A stretch of 64,000 bases of DNA. It comes from Minisyncoccia bacterium. Lineage in GTDB: Bacteria; Patescibacteriota; Minisyncoccia; Phycocordibacterales; UBA9973. The translations under genes were made by a program, and so were the position numbers. Below the pieces are notes generated by a model, which was given only the letters and a program-made list of their open reading frames with translations, searched no databases and was not told the origin of the DNA. This document shows, piece after piece, positions 1-9,172 of this stretch (positions within the stretch are counted from its first letter, which is position 1; every line of letters begins with the position of its first letter). The stretch is taken from positions 14,118 through 78,117 of the forward strand of contig JBBRWS010000002.1 in assembly GCA_038249055.1 (NCBI GenBank). The letters run 5' to 3'.

Positions 1-441
1 TAAAAGAGGCAATGTTGTTTGATGTCTTGTTACCATGTCATTTTTTAATTTTTGAGTACTTTCTCCTTGCCAGAAAGCTTCCGCTAAATTATAACCTGGA
101 ACAATTAACATAACATTTTTAATGTTAATTGTATCTGAAACAATCATACAAAATAACCCACCTAAGCTTTGACCATATAAATAAAAAGAACGAGGTTTTT
201 TATCTTTTAATTTATTTAAATCCCTTATAATTGTATTAATTAAATACTTAAAATTCTCTTTTGTTTTGATTGGGTCAGAATTTAAGATTTTATCTGGATA
301 AGCATATTGGAGATACCCGTATTCATTCGGAATTGATTCTCTCATTAAGTAATAGAGAGATTCATATGATGACCAGCCATCTACTAAGATAATAATATTA
401 TCTTTATTTAATCTTTGGCTAATCTTCGTAATTTTAATCAT
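1..441 (-). CDS. alpha/beta-hydrolase fold protein (partial, runs off window start)
   Basis: Manual translation from ATG at 441 is open to the window edge: MIKITKIS...FYLYGQSLGGLFC, containing a GxSxG nucleophile elbow. Not in the ORF track. Confidence 0.65.
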   Translation of the reverse strand, partial: MIKITKISQRLNKDNIIILVDGWSSYESLYYLMRESIPNEYGYLQYAYPDKILNSDPIKTKENFKYLINTIIRDLNKLKDKKPRSFYLYGQSLGGLFCMIVSDTINIKNVMLIVPGYNLAEAFWQGESTQKLKNDMVTRHQTTLPLL

Positions 442-557
442 GTTTTATAATTATATATTCTCCTGGTTGTTTTAACAAATATAGATTTAATTTAATTGAC
501 TATGTCTACTATGAAAGGATATAATGAACGTATTAATATTAAAATCTAGTTAAAAGT

Positions 558-926
558 ATGAGTCAATTTGAAATGCATAATATGGGTAAAAAGCCTGAAG
601 CGAGTATCACTGCTGAAAATAATTCTGAAATAAATAAACAAAACTTAGAAAATAAAAAAGAAGATATTCTTTTTGAGCTCGGCTCGATTCAAAAAACGTT
701 AGAATCACTCGAAAGCAACGAAGAGGGGTATGAATATGAATATGCAGATACAGGAGATTCAATGATGACTCTCGATAGTATTCTTGGTTCTAATGAAGCA
801 TATAAAGAATCTTTAGTAATGAGAAGAGAAGCTTCTGAAAAAATTATGCAAGGTAATGCTGAAGAAAAAAAAGAAGGAATAAAAGAAGCTATGGCTTGGG
901 TTGAAAAAGTTAAAGGATTACTTTAA
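558..926 (+). CDS. hypothetical acidic protein
   Basis: 122-aa ORF with upstream TTGACT/TATAAT-like promoter and hairpin terminator at 951-980. Confidence 0.7.
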   Translation: MSQFEMHNMGKKPEASITAENNSEINKQNLENKKEDILFELGSIQKTLESLESNEEGYEYEYADTGDSMMTLDSILGSNEAYKESLVMRREASEKIMQGNAEEKKEGIKEAMAWVEKVKGLL

Positions 927-1082
927 TTTTTTTAAGAAATAATTTTATTAAAATAAACCTTATAAATTAAGGTTTATTTTAATTTTTATCTATTATTTTA
1001 TATTATATTAAATTTATAACGTTGCAATAGATTATATTATGTGACATCATATATTAAAATTTTAAACTTAATACATAAAAAG

Positions 1083-1433
1083 ATGAAAAAATTAATAATT
1101 GCTATTTTTTTATTTTTTATCATTTCTGTATCAGTTTCTGCTAAAAATTCCAGTAAAATTTTTATGGAATTAACCAGAATCATGATGATTTCATACCCCG
1201 AAGGAACAATAGAATACCAAAAAGCAGTATTTCCTTGTTGGAAAATTAATAATGGTGTTTTTGTTTATATTCCTGAAAAACAGTTATTTATTGGAAAATT
1301 TAAATATTACAATTTTTCTGTAAGTAGCAAGAAGACCGGTTTGTCGTGGATGGGGGTCAACGAAAAGGCCAGTCGAAAAGAAAAAAGGCGTATTGAAAAA
1401 GAACTTTTAAGAGCTATTAAAGCCAGGAGGTAA
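1083..1433 (+). CDS. hypothetical secreted protein
   Basis: Probable start ATG 1083; MKKLIIAIFLFFIISVSVSA looks like a signal peptide. Confidence 0.65.
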   Translation: MKKLIIAIFLFFIISVSVSAKNSSKIFMELTRIMMISYPEGTIEYQKAVFPCWKINNGVFVYIPEKQLFIGKFKYYNFSVSSKKTGLSWMGVNEKASRKEKRRIEKELLRAIKARR

Positions 1434-2000
1434 GGGTATCTTAAATACCCAAACAAAGGGGCCACATGACATATCATTGTGGCTCTTTTTAATTTATGTA
1501 TTTACCTAGAAACTAGTCACTAGCTGCTGTACCTAATTTTATTGACACTATCAATGATAATTTATACAATTAAATTAAATATGTATATACGCTGTCCTGA
1601 GAGTTTTCTCAAAAAAATGAAAATTGCATGCATGCAGAAATAAATCTAGATGGAGAAACAAAACACTAACATGGATTGTTAAAGGAGCGTATCGCGTGTT
1701 GATAGTCTTCTAATAAGCAACCTCACAAGCCTGCCGCTCAACGATGCAGGTTTTTTTATTGTCGTATTTTGATTATCAATTATCTTCCAAAATCTTGTTC
1801 AAGTTAATTATAACCTTATAAATTAAGGTTTTACAAGAAAAAAGGTAAATATATATTGACAAATTGGCTTAAATATGCTATTATATAAAAACAACAGTTC
1901 TTTGATATATTTGATTTTAATTATATTTGTTAGCTGCTTCAAGGATCTTGAAGGATTTTTGAAACAGTTAACAATTTATACTAATTTAAAATCAGACGAA

Positions 2001-2342
2001 ATGAAATTAAAAGAAGAAGCATTTATGTTTAATCTTATAAATGCAAGTTATCGTAGAAAAATGGTTATCTTTGTTATTAATATTGTTGTTGTTGTAATTT
2101 CAGCAATAATTCTTATTAATAATTTTGGATACTTTGAACCCAAGATGCATGGTTTGAATATTATGATCCCAATAGTTATTTTTGGATTTTCTTTAGGTAG
2201 AATTCTTGTTTATGCTTTTGAAAAAGGATTACCTTGGTCTATGAAGAAAGATCAAATCAAAGCATTAAAAGAACAATCAGACGCTAAAGCAGATTTCGAA
2301 GACCTAAGGTTTAATGTTCCTCTTCATGAATATTTCCTATAA
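2001..2342 (+). CDS. hypothetical 2-TM membrane protein
   Basis: Likely start ATG 2001 because the ORF-track start (1875) overlaps the promoter at 1856-1884; two hydrophobic segments; terminator at about 2366-2404. Confidence 0.65.
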   Translation: MKLKEEAFMFNLINASYRRKMVIFVINIVVVVISAIILINNFGYFEPKMHGLNIMIPIVIFGFSLGRILVYAFEKGLPWSMKKDQIKALKEQSDAKADFEDLRFNVPLHEYFL

Positions 2343-2445
2343 ATAAGGATATTCATCAATTTCTCAAATAGAGCAAACAGTTTTACTGTTTGCTCTATTT
2401 TTTTAAATTAGAACCTAGAAACTAGCCCCCTAATCACTAATTAAT

Positions 2446-2474
2446 TTGACATCTTTAAATCCATTTGCTAGTAT
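2446..2474 (+). promoter_or_regulatory. sigma70 promoter of the rpsN-secY unit
   Basis: TTGACA-17bp-TAGTAT. Confidence 0.65.
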
Positions 2475-2618
2475 AGGGGGACATGAGTTTTAGATCCGTT
2501 TGTCTCCTTCTTTGCCCGTCTCAAAGAGATTAGGGAAGGACTAGGAAGAAAATAAACGAGATATCCTAACTTATGTCTAGTCGCTAGTATCTAGCCCCTA
2601 GAAGCTAATTATTTATAT

Positions 2619-2804
2619 ATGGCAAAAAAATCAGTAACAGCAAGACATTTAAAGAAGTCAAAATTTAGTACACGAGAAACAAATCGTTGTTTTCGTTGTT
2701 CCCGTGGACATGCTTATATGAGAGATTTCGGTCTATGTCGTATTTGTTTCCGCGAACTAGCAAACGAAGGTATGCTTCCAGGAGTACGTAAGTCATCTTG
2801 GTAA
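2619..2804 (+). CDS. rpsN: 30S ribosomal protein S14 (zinc-binding type)
   Basis: RCFRC...[10 protein letters not shown]...LPGVRKSSW. Confidence 0.97.
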   Translation: MAKKSVTARHLKKSKFSTRETNRCFRCSRGHAYMRDFGLCRICFRELANEGMLPGVRKSSW

Positions 2805-2843
2805 TCGAAAGTAATAAGTAGAATAAGATTTAAACAAAAATAT

Positions 2844-3224
2844 ATGGACCAAATAGCAAACATGATGAATATGATAAAGAACGCAGGCCGTGCAAAGCAC
2901 GAGTTTGTTGTTGTTCCTCATTCAATAATTAAATTTTCTATAGCAGAATGCTTGGTAAGAGAAGGTTATCTTAAGAGCGTTACAAAGAAAACAAAGAAAG
3001 GCTTTCCAATAATAGAAGTAGGTTTAGTATACGCTGAAGATGGAACTCCAAAGATTATCGGAGCAGATCGTATTTCAAAATCATCATGCCGAGTATATAA
3101 AGGAGTTAAAGATATCAAAAGAGCTTATGGATTAACAATTCTTTCAACATCAAAAGGTATTTTAACTGAAAAAGAAGCACGAAAAGAAATGGTCGGAGGA
3201 GAAGTATTGTTTAAAATTTGGTAA
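2844..3224 (+). CDS. rpsH: 30S ribosomal protein S8
   Basis: MDQIANM..IKNA, STSKGILT..EARK..VGGEVL; spc order. Confidence 0.97.
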   Translation: MDQIANMMNMIKNAGRAKHEFVVVPHSIIKFSIAECLVREGYLKSVTKKTKKGFPIIEVGLVYAEDGTPKIIGADRISKSSCRVYKGVKDIKRAYGLTILSTSKGILTEKEARKEMVGGEVLFKIW

Positions 3225-3233
3225 TTAATATAT

Positions 3234-3770
3234 ATGAGTAGAATTGGAAAACAAACAGTTATAATCCCCGCAGGTACAGAAGCTAAACTTTCTGGAACTA
3301 CTTTTTCCGTGAAAGGTCCAAAGGGCTCACTTACACGTGACTTTCCAGGAGAAGTAACTTTACATATAAATGGTAATGAAATAACTTTTACTCCCAATAA
3401 GCAAAATGACCGTACAGTAAATTCACTATGGGGTACATATGCTTCACATGTTAAAAACATGGTTATTGGAGTAAACGAAGGTTACACAAAAAAGCTTATA
3501 CTAGAAGGAGTTGGTTTCAAGTCAGAAGTTGCAGGAAACATGCTCAATCTAGCCTTAGGTTTTTCACACCCAGTTAAAATAACTATTCCAGTAGGCCTAA
3601 CTGTTACTGCAGAAAAGAACAATGTTACAGTTACAGGTATTGATAAAGAACTAGTTGGTTCATTTACCGCATCTGTGAGAGCAAACAAGAAACCAGAACC
3701 TTATAAAGGAAAAGGATTCCGTTATTCAGATGAAGTTATCCGTCGTAAGCAAGGTAAGAAAGCAGCATAG
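3234..3770 (+). CDS. rplF: 50S ribosomal protein L6
   Basis: MSRIGK, KGPKGSL, PEPYKGKGFRY. Confidence 0.98.
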   Translation: MSRIGKQTVIIPAGTEAKLSGTTFSVKGPKGSLTRDFPGEVTLHINGNEITFTPNKQNDRTVNSLWGTYASHVKNMVIGVNEGYTKKLILEGVGFKSEVAGNMLNLALGFSHPVKITIPVGLTVTAEKNNVTVTGIDKELVGSFTASVRANKKPEPYKGKGFRYSDEVIRRKQGKKAA

Positions 3771-3817
3771 TAATTACTAATTAAAAATTACTGATTACTA
3801 ATTTTAAATACAAAAAT

Positions 3818-4162
3818 ATGATTAATAAAAAAATAGAAAAAAGAATAAGACTAAAGAAAAAAATCCGTACAAAGATCAACGGTACAGCAGAATGTCCACG
3901 TCTTTCTGTTTTTCGTTCAAACAATTTTATGTACGCTCAAATTATTGATGATATAAATCAAGTTACTTTAGCTTCAGCTTCAGACATTAAAGTTACAAAA
4001 GGAACTAAAACAGACCGTTCAGTTGCCGTAGGGGAAGAAGTTGCAAAGAAGGCCATTGCAAAAGGTATAAAGTCTTGCGTTTTTGATCGTAATGGTTTTA
4101 AATACACAGGAAGAGTTAAGGCGCTTGCAGATTCTGCACGTTCCGCAGGTCTAAAATTTTAA
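3818..4162 (+). CDS. rplR: 50S ribosomal protein L18
   Basis: [16 protein letters not shown]; [17 protein letters not shown]. Confidence 0.97.
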   Translation: MINKKIEKRIRLKKKIRTKINGTAECPRLSVFRSNNFMYAQIIDDINQVTLASASDIKVTKGTKTDRSVAVGEEVAKKAIAKGIKSCVFDRNGFKYTGRVKALADSARSAGLKF

Positions 4163-4171
4163 TATAAAAAT

Positions 4172-4795
4172 ATGGATACAACAAAACCAAAACCAAATAC
4201 AGGTAATAATAGAAGTTTTAGTAAACCAGCTTATGGAGCTAAAAGAGAAGGTAGTGATACACGTCGTTCACGTCCATCTTTCGAACGTCCAAAGCCAGAG
4301 TTTGATCAAAAAATGGTTTCAATTCGTCGCGTTACTCGTGTGGTAGCCGGTGGACGTCGTATGACATTTGCTGTCGCAATTGCTATTGGAGATAAAAAGG
4401 GTTCAGTTGGACTAGGAACTGGAAAGGGAGTTGATACTGCTATTGCAATTACAAAAGCTCTTCGCCAGGCAAAAAAGAACATGTTCAAAATAAAGACAAC
4501 AAAAGAAATGTCTATTGCTCATGAAGTTTCAGCTAAGTTTGCAAGTTCTCAATTGTCTATCATGCCTAACCGAGGAAAAGGTTTAGTGTCAGGAAGTACT
4601 GTTCGTGATATGCTAATATTAGCAGGTATAAAAAATGTAACTGCAAAGCTTCACTCAGGTAGTAAAAATAAATTAAACAACGCACGTGTCGCTTATAAGA
4701 CACTTTACATGCTTAGAGAAAAGTCATCTGCAGTAAAGTCAGTTCCTTTCGTTGCTGAAGCAGTAAAAGAGGAAGCAAAGGAAGAAGTTAAATAA
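4172..4795 (+). CDS. rpsE: 30S ribosomal protein S5
   Basis: RRVTRVVAGGRRMTF...GDKKGSVGLG. Confidence 0.97.
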   Translation: MDTTKPKPNTGNNRSFSKPAYGAKREGSDTRRSRPSFERPKPEFDQKMVSIRRVTRVVAGGRRMTFAVAIAIGDKKGSVGLGTGKGVDTAIAITKALRQAKKNMFKIKTTKEMSIAHEVSAKFASSQLSIMPNRGKGLVSGSTVRDMLILAGIKNVTAKLHSGSKNKLNNARVAYKTLYMLREKSSAVKSVPFVAEAVKEEAKEEVK

Positions 4796-4806
4796 ATTTA
4801 AATTAT

Positions 4807-5235
4807 ATGCAATTAGATACACTAAAAAGAAAGAATCCAAATAAAAAAGCCCAACAAGTTGGACGTGGAGGTACTCGTGGTAAGACATCTGGCCGTGGAG
4901 GTAAAGGTCAGACAGCTCGTGCTGGTAACAAACGCCGTCCACAAATCCGTGATATCATAAAGAAACTTCCAAAACTTAGAGGATATCGTTTTAATTCACC
5001 TTCAATCAAATCATCCCCAGTAAACGTAGGAGATTTAAATATTTTTGAATCAGGAGCAATCATTACTCCAGCATCATTATTTGAAAATAATTTAGTTCGT
5101 CGCGTAGGTGGAGTAGTTCCTCATGTAAAGATTCTAGCAAAAGGTGAAATAACTAAAAAACTTTCTATTACTGGCTGTACTGTCTCAGTGAGTGCTCGTA
5201 CAAAGATTGAGAAAGCTGGTGGAAGTGTAAAATAA
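4807..5235 (+). CDS. rplO: 50S ribosomal protein L15
   Basis: VGRGG..GKTSGRGGKGQTARAG; KIEKAGG. Confidence 0.97.
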   Translation: MQLDTLKRKNPNKKAQQVGRGGTRGKTSGRGGKGQTARAGNKRRPQIRDIIKKLPKLRGYRFNSPSIKSSPVNVGDLNIFESGAIITPASLFENNLVRRVGGVVPHVKILAKGEITKKLSITGCTVSVSARTKIEKAGGSVK

Positions 5236-5346
5236 ATACTTGTCCCGTTATAAATTTAACGAAACATGTTTTATAGCTTAATTAGAAAATGCAGAATGAT
5301 TTAAGATTGTCGTTTAATTATAAAGTAATAAATTTATACTGGGATG
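5236..5346 (+). repeat. start-codon inverted-repeat element (copy at secY)
   Basis: AATACTTGTCCCGTTATAAATTTA ... TAAATTTATACTGGG-ATG; 3' arm ends at the secY ATG. Confidence 0.8.
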
Positions 5347-6612
5347 GAAATTGTTTGGAACAAAATAAAAGCAATATTTACAGATAAAACCTTAAGAAAT
5401 AGGGTTTTGTTTGTGTTTGCTGCTTTAGCTGTGTTCCGACTTTTGTCAGCTATTCCTGTCCCAGGAGTTGATGCCATAAAGCTTCAAAATTTTCTAAGTA
5501 ATAACCAATTAGCCGGTGTTTTAAATATTTTTTCTGGTGGAGGGTTATCAACTCTTTCTATAATTATGCTCGGAGTTGGTCCATACATTACATCTTCTAT
5601 TATAATGCAGCTTTTGACCATCATGTCACCTAGACTTAAGGCGATGTATCAAGAGGATGGAGAAATAGGACGCAAAAAATTTACACAATTTAGTAGAATG
5701 ATTACCGTTCCCTTGGCTATAGTTCAAGGTTTAGCTTTACTAGTTTTATTGAGACGCCAAGGTATTATTTTAGATGTTTCAGCTTTTGGTATGCTTGTAA
5801 ATCTTTCAGTTGTAGTTGCCGGTTCAATGCTTATAATGTGGATTGGTGAATTGGTTTCAGAATTTGGTATTGGAAACGGTGTTTCATTAATAATCTTTGC
5901 AGGTATTGTTGCTGCTATGCCAAAAGAAATATGGAATTTCTTTTTCACTTTTGATATTTCTAAATTACCCGTATATCTTTTATTCTTAGCAACTGGTTTA
6001 TTAATAGTTGCTGGAGTAGTTGTTGTTACAGAAGCAGAACGTCCTATTCCTGTGACTTATGCAAAACAGGTTCGCGGTGATCATGTTTCTGGAGGTACTC
6101 AAACATATCTTCCACTTCGTATCAACCAAGCAGGAGTAATTCCAATAATTTTTGCACTTTCAATATTAATGTTTCCACAATTGATTGGTAATTTCTTGGC
6201 TACTTATACTGGATTTTTGAAGTCAATTTCAGTTGGACTATTATGGTTTGTTCAAAATACATGGCTATATTCACTATTCTATTTTATCTTTGTATTTTTA
6301 TTTACTTACTTTTATACTGCTGTTACTTTCGACCCAGAACAAGTTTCAACAAACTTACAGAAGAATGGAGCATTCGTTCCAGGTATTCGTCCAGGTGCAG
6401 CTACAAGAGACTATATATCAAAGATACTAAATCGTACGACTATGATGGGGGCAGTCTTTCTTGGCTTAATAGCAGTTCTTCCTCTTATCATAAGAGCCAT
6501 AACTGGAATATCAGCCTTTGCAATTGGAGGTACAGCACTTTTGATTGTTGTGTCTGTAGTCCTGGATTTAATTAAAAAAGTTGAAGCGCAATTATCAATG
6601 AGAGAATATTAA
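5344..6612 (+). CDS. secY: preprotein translocase subunit SecY
   Basis: LGVGPYITSSIIMQLL, GIGNGVSLIIFAGI, NQAGVIPIIFA, PGIRPG. Confidence 0.98.
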   Translation: MEIVWNKIKAIFTDKTLRNRVLFVFAALAVFRLLSAIPVPGVDAIKLQNFLSNNQLAGVLNIFSGGGLSTLSIIMLGVGPYITSSIIMQLLTIMSPRLKAMYQEDGEIGRKKFTQFSRMITVPLAIVQGLALLVLLRRQGIILDVSAFGMLVNLSVVVAGSMLIMWIGELVSEFGIGNGVSLIIFAGIVAAMPKEIWNFFFTFDISKLPVYLLFLATGLLIVAGVVVVTEAERPIPVTYAKQVRGDHVSGGTQTYLPLRINQAGVIPIIFALSILMFPQLIGNFLATYTGFLKSISVGLLWFVQNTWLYSLFYFIFVFLFTYFYTAVTFDPEQVSTNLQKNGAFVPGIRPGAATRDYISKILNRTTMMGAVFLGLIAVLPLIIRAITGISAFAIGGTALLIVVSVVLDLIKKVEAQLSMREY

Positions 6613-6672
6613 AAAAGACCCTGTAATTCGGGTCTTTTTTTATGTTTAATTAATTTAGTATATAATATCAAT

Positions 6673-7275
6673 ATGAACAAACCACAAACATTTATATTTT
6701 TTGGAATAGTTGGTTCTGGAAAGGGAACCCAAGTAGATTTATTAGAAAAGTTTTTAAAAGAAAAAAATATTTCAGATGATATTTTATTTACTTCAACAGG
6801 TAATGAGTATAGAAAATTAATTAATAGTGATACTCTTACAAGTAAAATTGTTAAAGTTAATCTAGAAAAAGGATTTCTACAGCCTGACTTTTTAACAATT
6901 AGTTTATTTACTGATATTTTAATTAGAGATTTAAAGGAAACCACTACTTTAATAGCTGATGGTTTTCCTCGCACTGTTTCTCAATCAGAAGCATTTGAAG
7001 ATATGATGAAATTCTATGACCGAGATAATGTTAAAATTGTTTACATAGAACTGAGTAGAGAAGAAGCTGTTAAAAGAATGAAATTAAGAGCACGCTCAGA
7101 TGATACTGATGAAGGTATTAAAAACCGTTTTGATGAATACGTAAATAATGTTGTTCCTTCAATGGATTATTTTAAAGATAAAAATGGTTATACTATATAT
7201 ACTATAAATGGAGACCAAGAAATAATTGATGTTCATAAGGAAATTATTAATAAAATTAATTTTAATCTTCTTTAA
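6673..7275 (+). CDS. adk: adenylate kinase (short, LID-less type)
   Basis: GIVGSGKGTQ P-loop, DGFPRT, RSDD; follows secY. Confidence 0.9.
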   Translation: MNKPQTFIFFGIVGSGKGTQVDLLEKFLKEKNISDDILFTSTGNEYRKLINSDTLTSKIVKVNLEKGFLQPDFLTISLFTDILIRDLKETTTLIADGFPRTVSQSEAFEDMMKFYDRDNVKIVYIELSREEAVKRMKLRARSDDTDEGIKNRFDEYVNNVVPSMDYFKDKNGYTIYTINGDQEIIDVHKEIINKINFNLL

Positions 7276-7278
7276 TTT

Positions 7279-7965
7279 ATGCAAAAAAATGAGCCAATAA
7301 TTTTATCATTAGGGGGATCATTAATAATTCCTGATCAAATAGATATTAATTTTTTAAAAGATTTCAAAGAATTAATTTTGGCTCAAGTTAAAAATGGAAA
7401 GAAATTTATAATTGTTACTGGAGGAGGTAAAATTTGCAGGAATTATCAAAAAGTAGCAAAAGAAATTTCAAATCCATCAGACGAAGATTTAGACTGGATC
7501 GGAATTGCATCTTTGAAACTTAATGCTGAATTACTAAGAGTAATTTTTGGTGAATATTCACATGATAAAGTAATAGAAAATCTTTCTGATAATTTAAATT
7601 TTGAAAAACCAATTATTATTGGTTCTGCTTATAAACCAGGCCAGAGTACAGATTGGGGTGCTGTAATTGCAGCTGAAAATTTTGGTTCAAAAATGGTAAT
7701 TAATCTTTCCAATATTGATTATGTTTATGATTCAGACCCTAAACAAAATCCAAACGCTAAAAAAATAGAAAAAATTTCATGGGATGATTACAGAAACATA
7801 ATTCCTAAATATTGGAATCCAGGATTAAATTCTCCTTTTGATCCTATTGCTTCTAAAAAGGCAGAAGAGTTAGGGGTGGAAGTTCACTTTATTTTAGGTA
7901 GTGATTTGGAAAGTCTAAATAATTGCATAGAAAATTTACCTTTTACTGGAACAACAATTAATTAG
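7279..7965 (+). CDS. pyrH: UMP kinase (archaeal-like short form)
   Basis: SLGGS, VTGGG, PGQSTD, NIDYVYDSDP. Confidence 0.9.
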   Translation: MQKNEPIILSLGGSLIIPDQIDINFLKDFKELILAQVKNGKKFIIVTGGGKICRNYQKVAKEISNPSDEDLDWIGIASLKLNAELLRVIFGEYSHDKVIENLSDNLNFEKPIIIGSAYKPGQSTDWGAVIAAENFGSKMVINLSNIDYVYDSDPKQNPNAKKIEKISWDDYRNIIPKYWNPGLNSPFDPIASKKAEELGVEVHFILGSDLESLNNCIENLPFTGTTIN

Positions 7966-8146
7966 GTTCTAGTGGATAGTGATTAGGTTATAGTAAAAAT
8001 ACATAAATATCTAGGGCCCAAAGCTACGCTTTGGGCCCTAGATTTACAGATAAATAATAAGTTTATCTTTACCATATCAACGCTATAGTGTTGATATGGT
8101 AAAGATTCATTTGCTTATATCTATTATTTATTCTAATATCTTATAT

Positions 8147-8914
8147 ATGTCAGTAATAATAAAAACTCAAAAAGAAATAGATATTATTCGTGAAGGAGGT
8201 AAAATACTAGCCAAAGTTTTAGCACAAACAGCTAAACACGTTAAACCCGGTATTACCACAGGTGAGCTTGATAAGTATGCTCATGATTTAATTAAAAAAG
8301 AAGGTGGAACTCCAGCCTTTTTGAATTACAAACCAGAGGGGGCCTCACACGCTTTTCCAGCATCTATTTGTATATCCGTTAACAACGAGATAGTTCATGG
8401 TATTCCAACTAAAAACAGGATTTTAAAAGAGGGAGATATAGTTTCACTTGACCTTGGCGTGAAGTACAAGGGCCTTTTTACCGACCATGCTGTTACTGTT
8501 GCTGTAGGTAAGGTTTCAAAAAAAGATCAACAGTTAATGGCAGACACAAAAAAAGCTTTGGAAGTTGGTATCATGGCAGCACGAGGTGGAAATACTGTTG
8601 GTGATATTGGTCATGCAATTGAGTCATTTGTTAATAGGAGATATGGTATTGTGCGAGAGCTTGCAGGTCATGGAGTTGGAATAAAGATTCACGAAGATCC
8701 TTATATTCCCAATTATGGTAAAGCTGGAAAGGGACAGAAATTGATTCCTGGAATGGTTGTAGCTATTGAGCCTATGTTAAATCTCGGAAGAGATCACATT
8801 CTTAGTATGGATGATGGTTATACTATTAAAACTGCAGATGGTTCTCGAAGTGCTCACTTTGAACATACTATTCTCATCACAGAAGGTGATGCAGAAATTT
8901 TAACTATAGTATAA
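8147..8914 (+). CDS. map: methionine aminopeptidase type I
   Basis: CISVNNEIVHGIP, GHGVG..IHEDP, AIEPM, SAHFEHT; start moved to ATG 8147. Confidence 0.96.
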   Translation: MSVIIKTQKEIDIIREGGKILAKVLAQTAKHVKPGITTGELDKYAHDLIKKEGGTPAFLNYKPEGASHAFPASICISVNNEIVHGIPTKNRILKEGDIVSLDLGVKYKGLFTDHAVTVAVGKVSKKDQQLMADTKKALEVGIMAARGGNTVGDIGHAIESFVNRRYGIVRELAGHGVGIKIHEDPYIPNYGKAGKGQKLIPGMVVAIEPMLNLGRDHILSMDDGYTIKTADGSRSAHFEHTILITEGDAEILTIV

Positions 8915-9011
8915 ATTGTAGAGGTTGTACCTCTCAATCAGTAGATTGACCTACTCGGTACGGGAGCCCAGTAGGTGATTGTACTCAATCAAGGTCCAAC
9001 CTCTACAATTT
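8913..9011. repeat. palindromic element family A (GAGGTTGKAC/GTMCAACCTC arms)
   Basis: AAATTGTAGAGGTTGTACCT ... AGGTCCAACCTCTACAATTT with inner TCAATCAGTAGATTGACCT module. Confidence 0.85.
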
Positions 9012-9032
9012 TAAAATAAGATATTAAATAGA

Positions 9033-9116
9033 CGTTTCGCGGAATTGATAAAATTATTTCCTCTTTACCCCAGAGGGGCCCTACGAGATAAATAATTTTA
9101 TCAATTCCGCTTCACT
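9033..9116. repeat. long palindrome with family-B-type flanks
   Basis: GCGGAATTGATAAAATTATTT / AAATAATTTTATCAATTCCGC arms, flanked by CGTTTC and TTCACT. Confidence 0.65.
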
Positions 9117-9172
9117 AATAATTTATAGGTTTTTCCTGCTCCATTTTTATTTCTTATGGTATAATTATTCAC

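Noticed and set aside
951-1831. Duplicated AACCTTATAAATTAAGGTTT (956 and 1812)
   Set aside because: Short AT-rich terminator-like hairpin; too little evidence to call it a mobility signal.
4795-4807. Missing rpmD (L30) as a novelty
   Set aside because: Established feature of CPR genomes; used only as a taxonomic clue.
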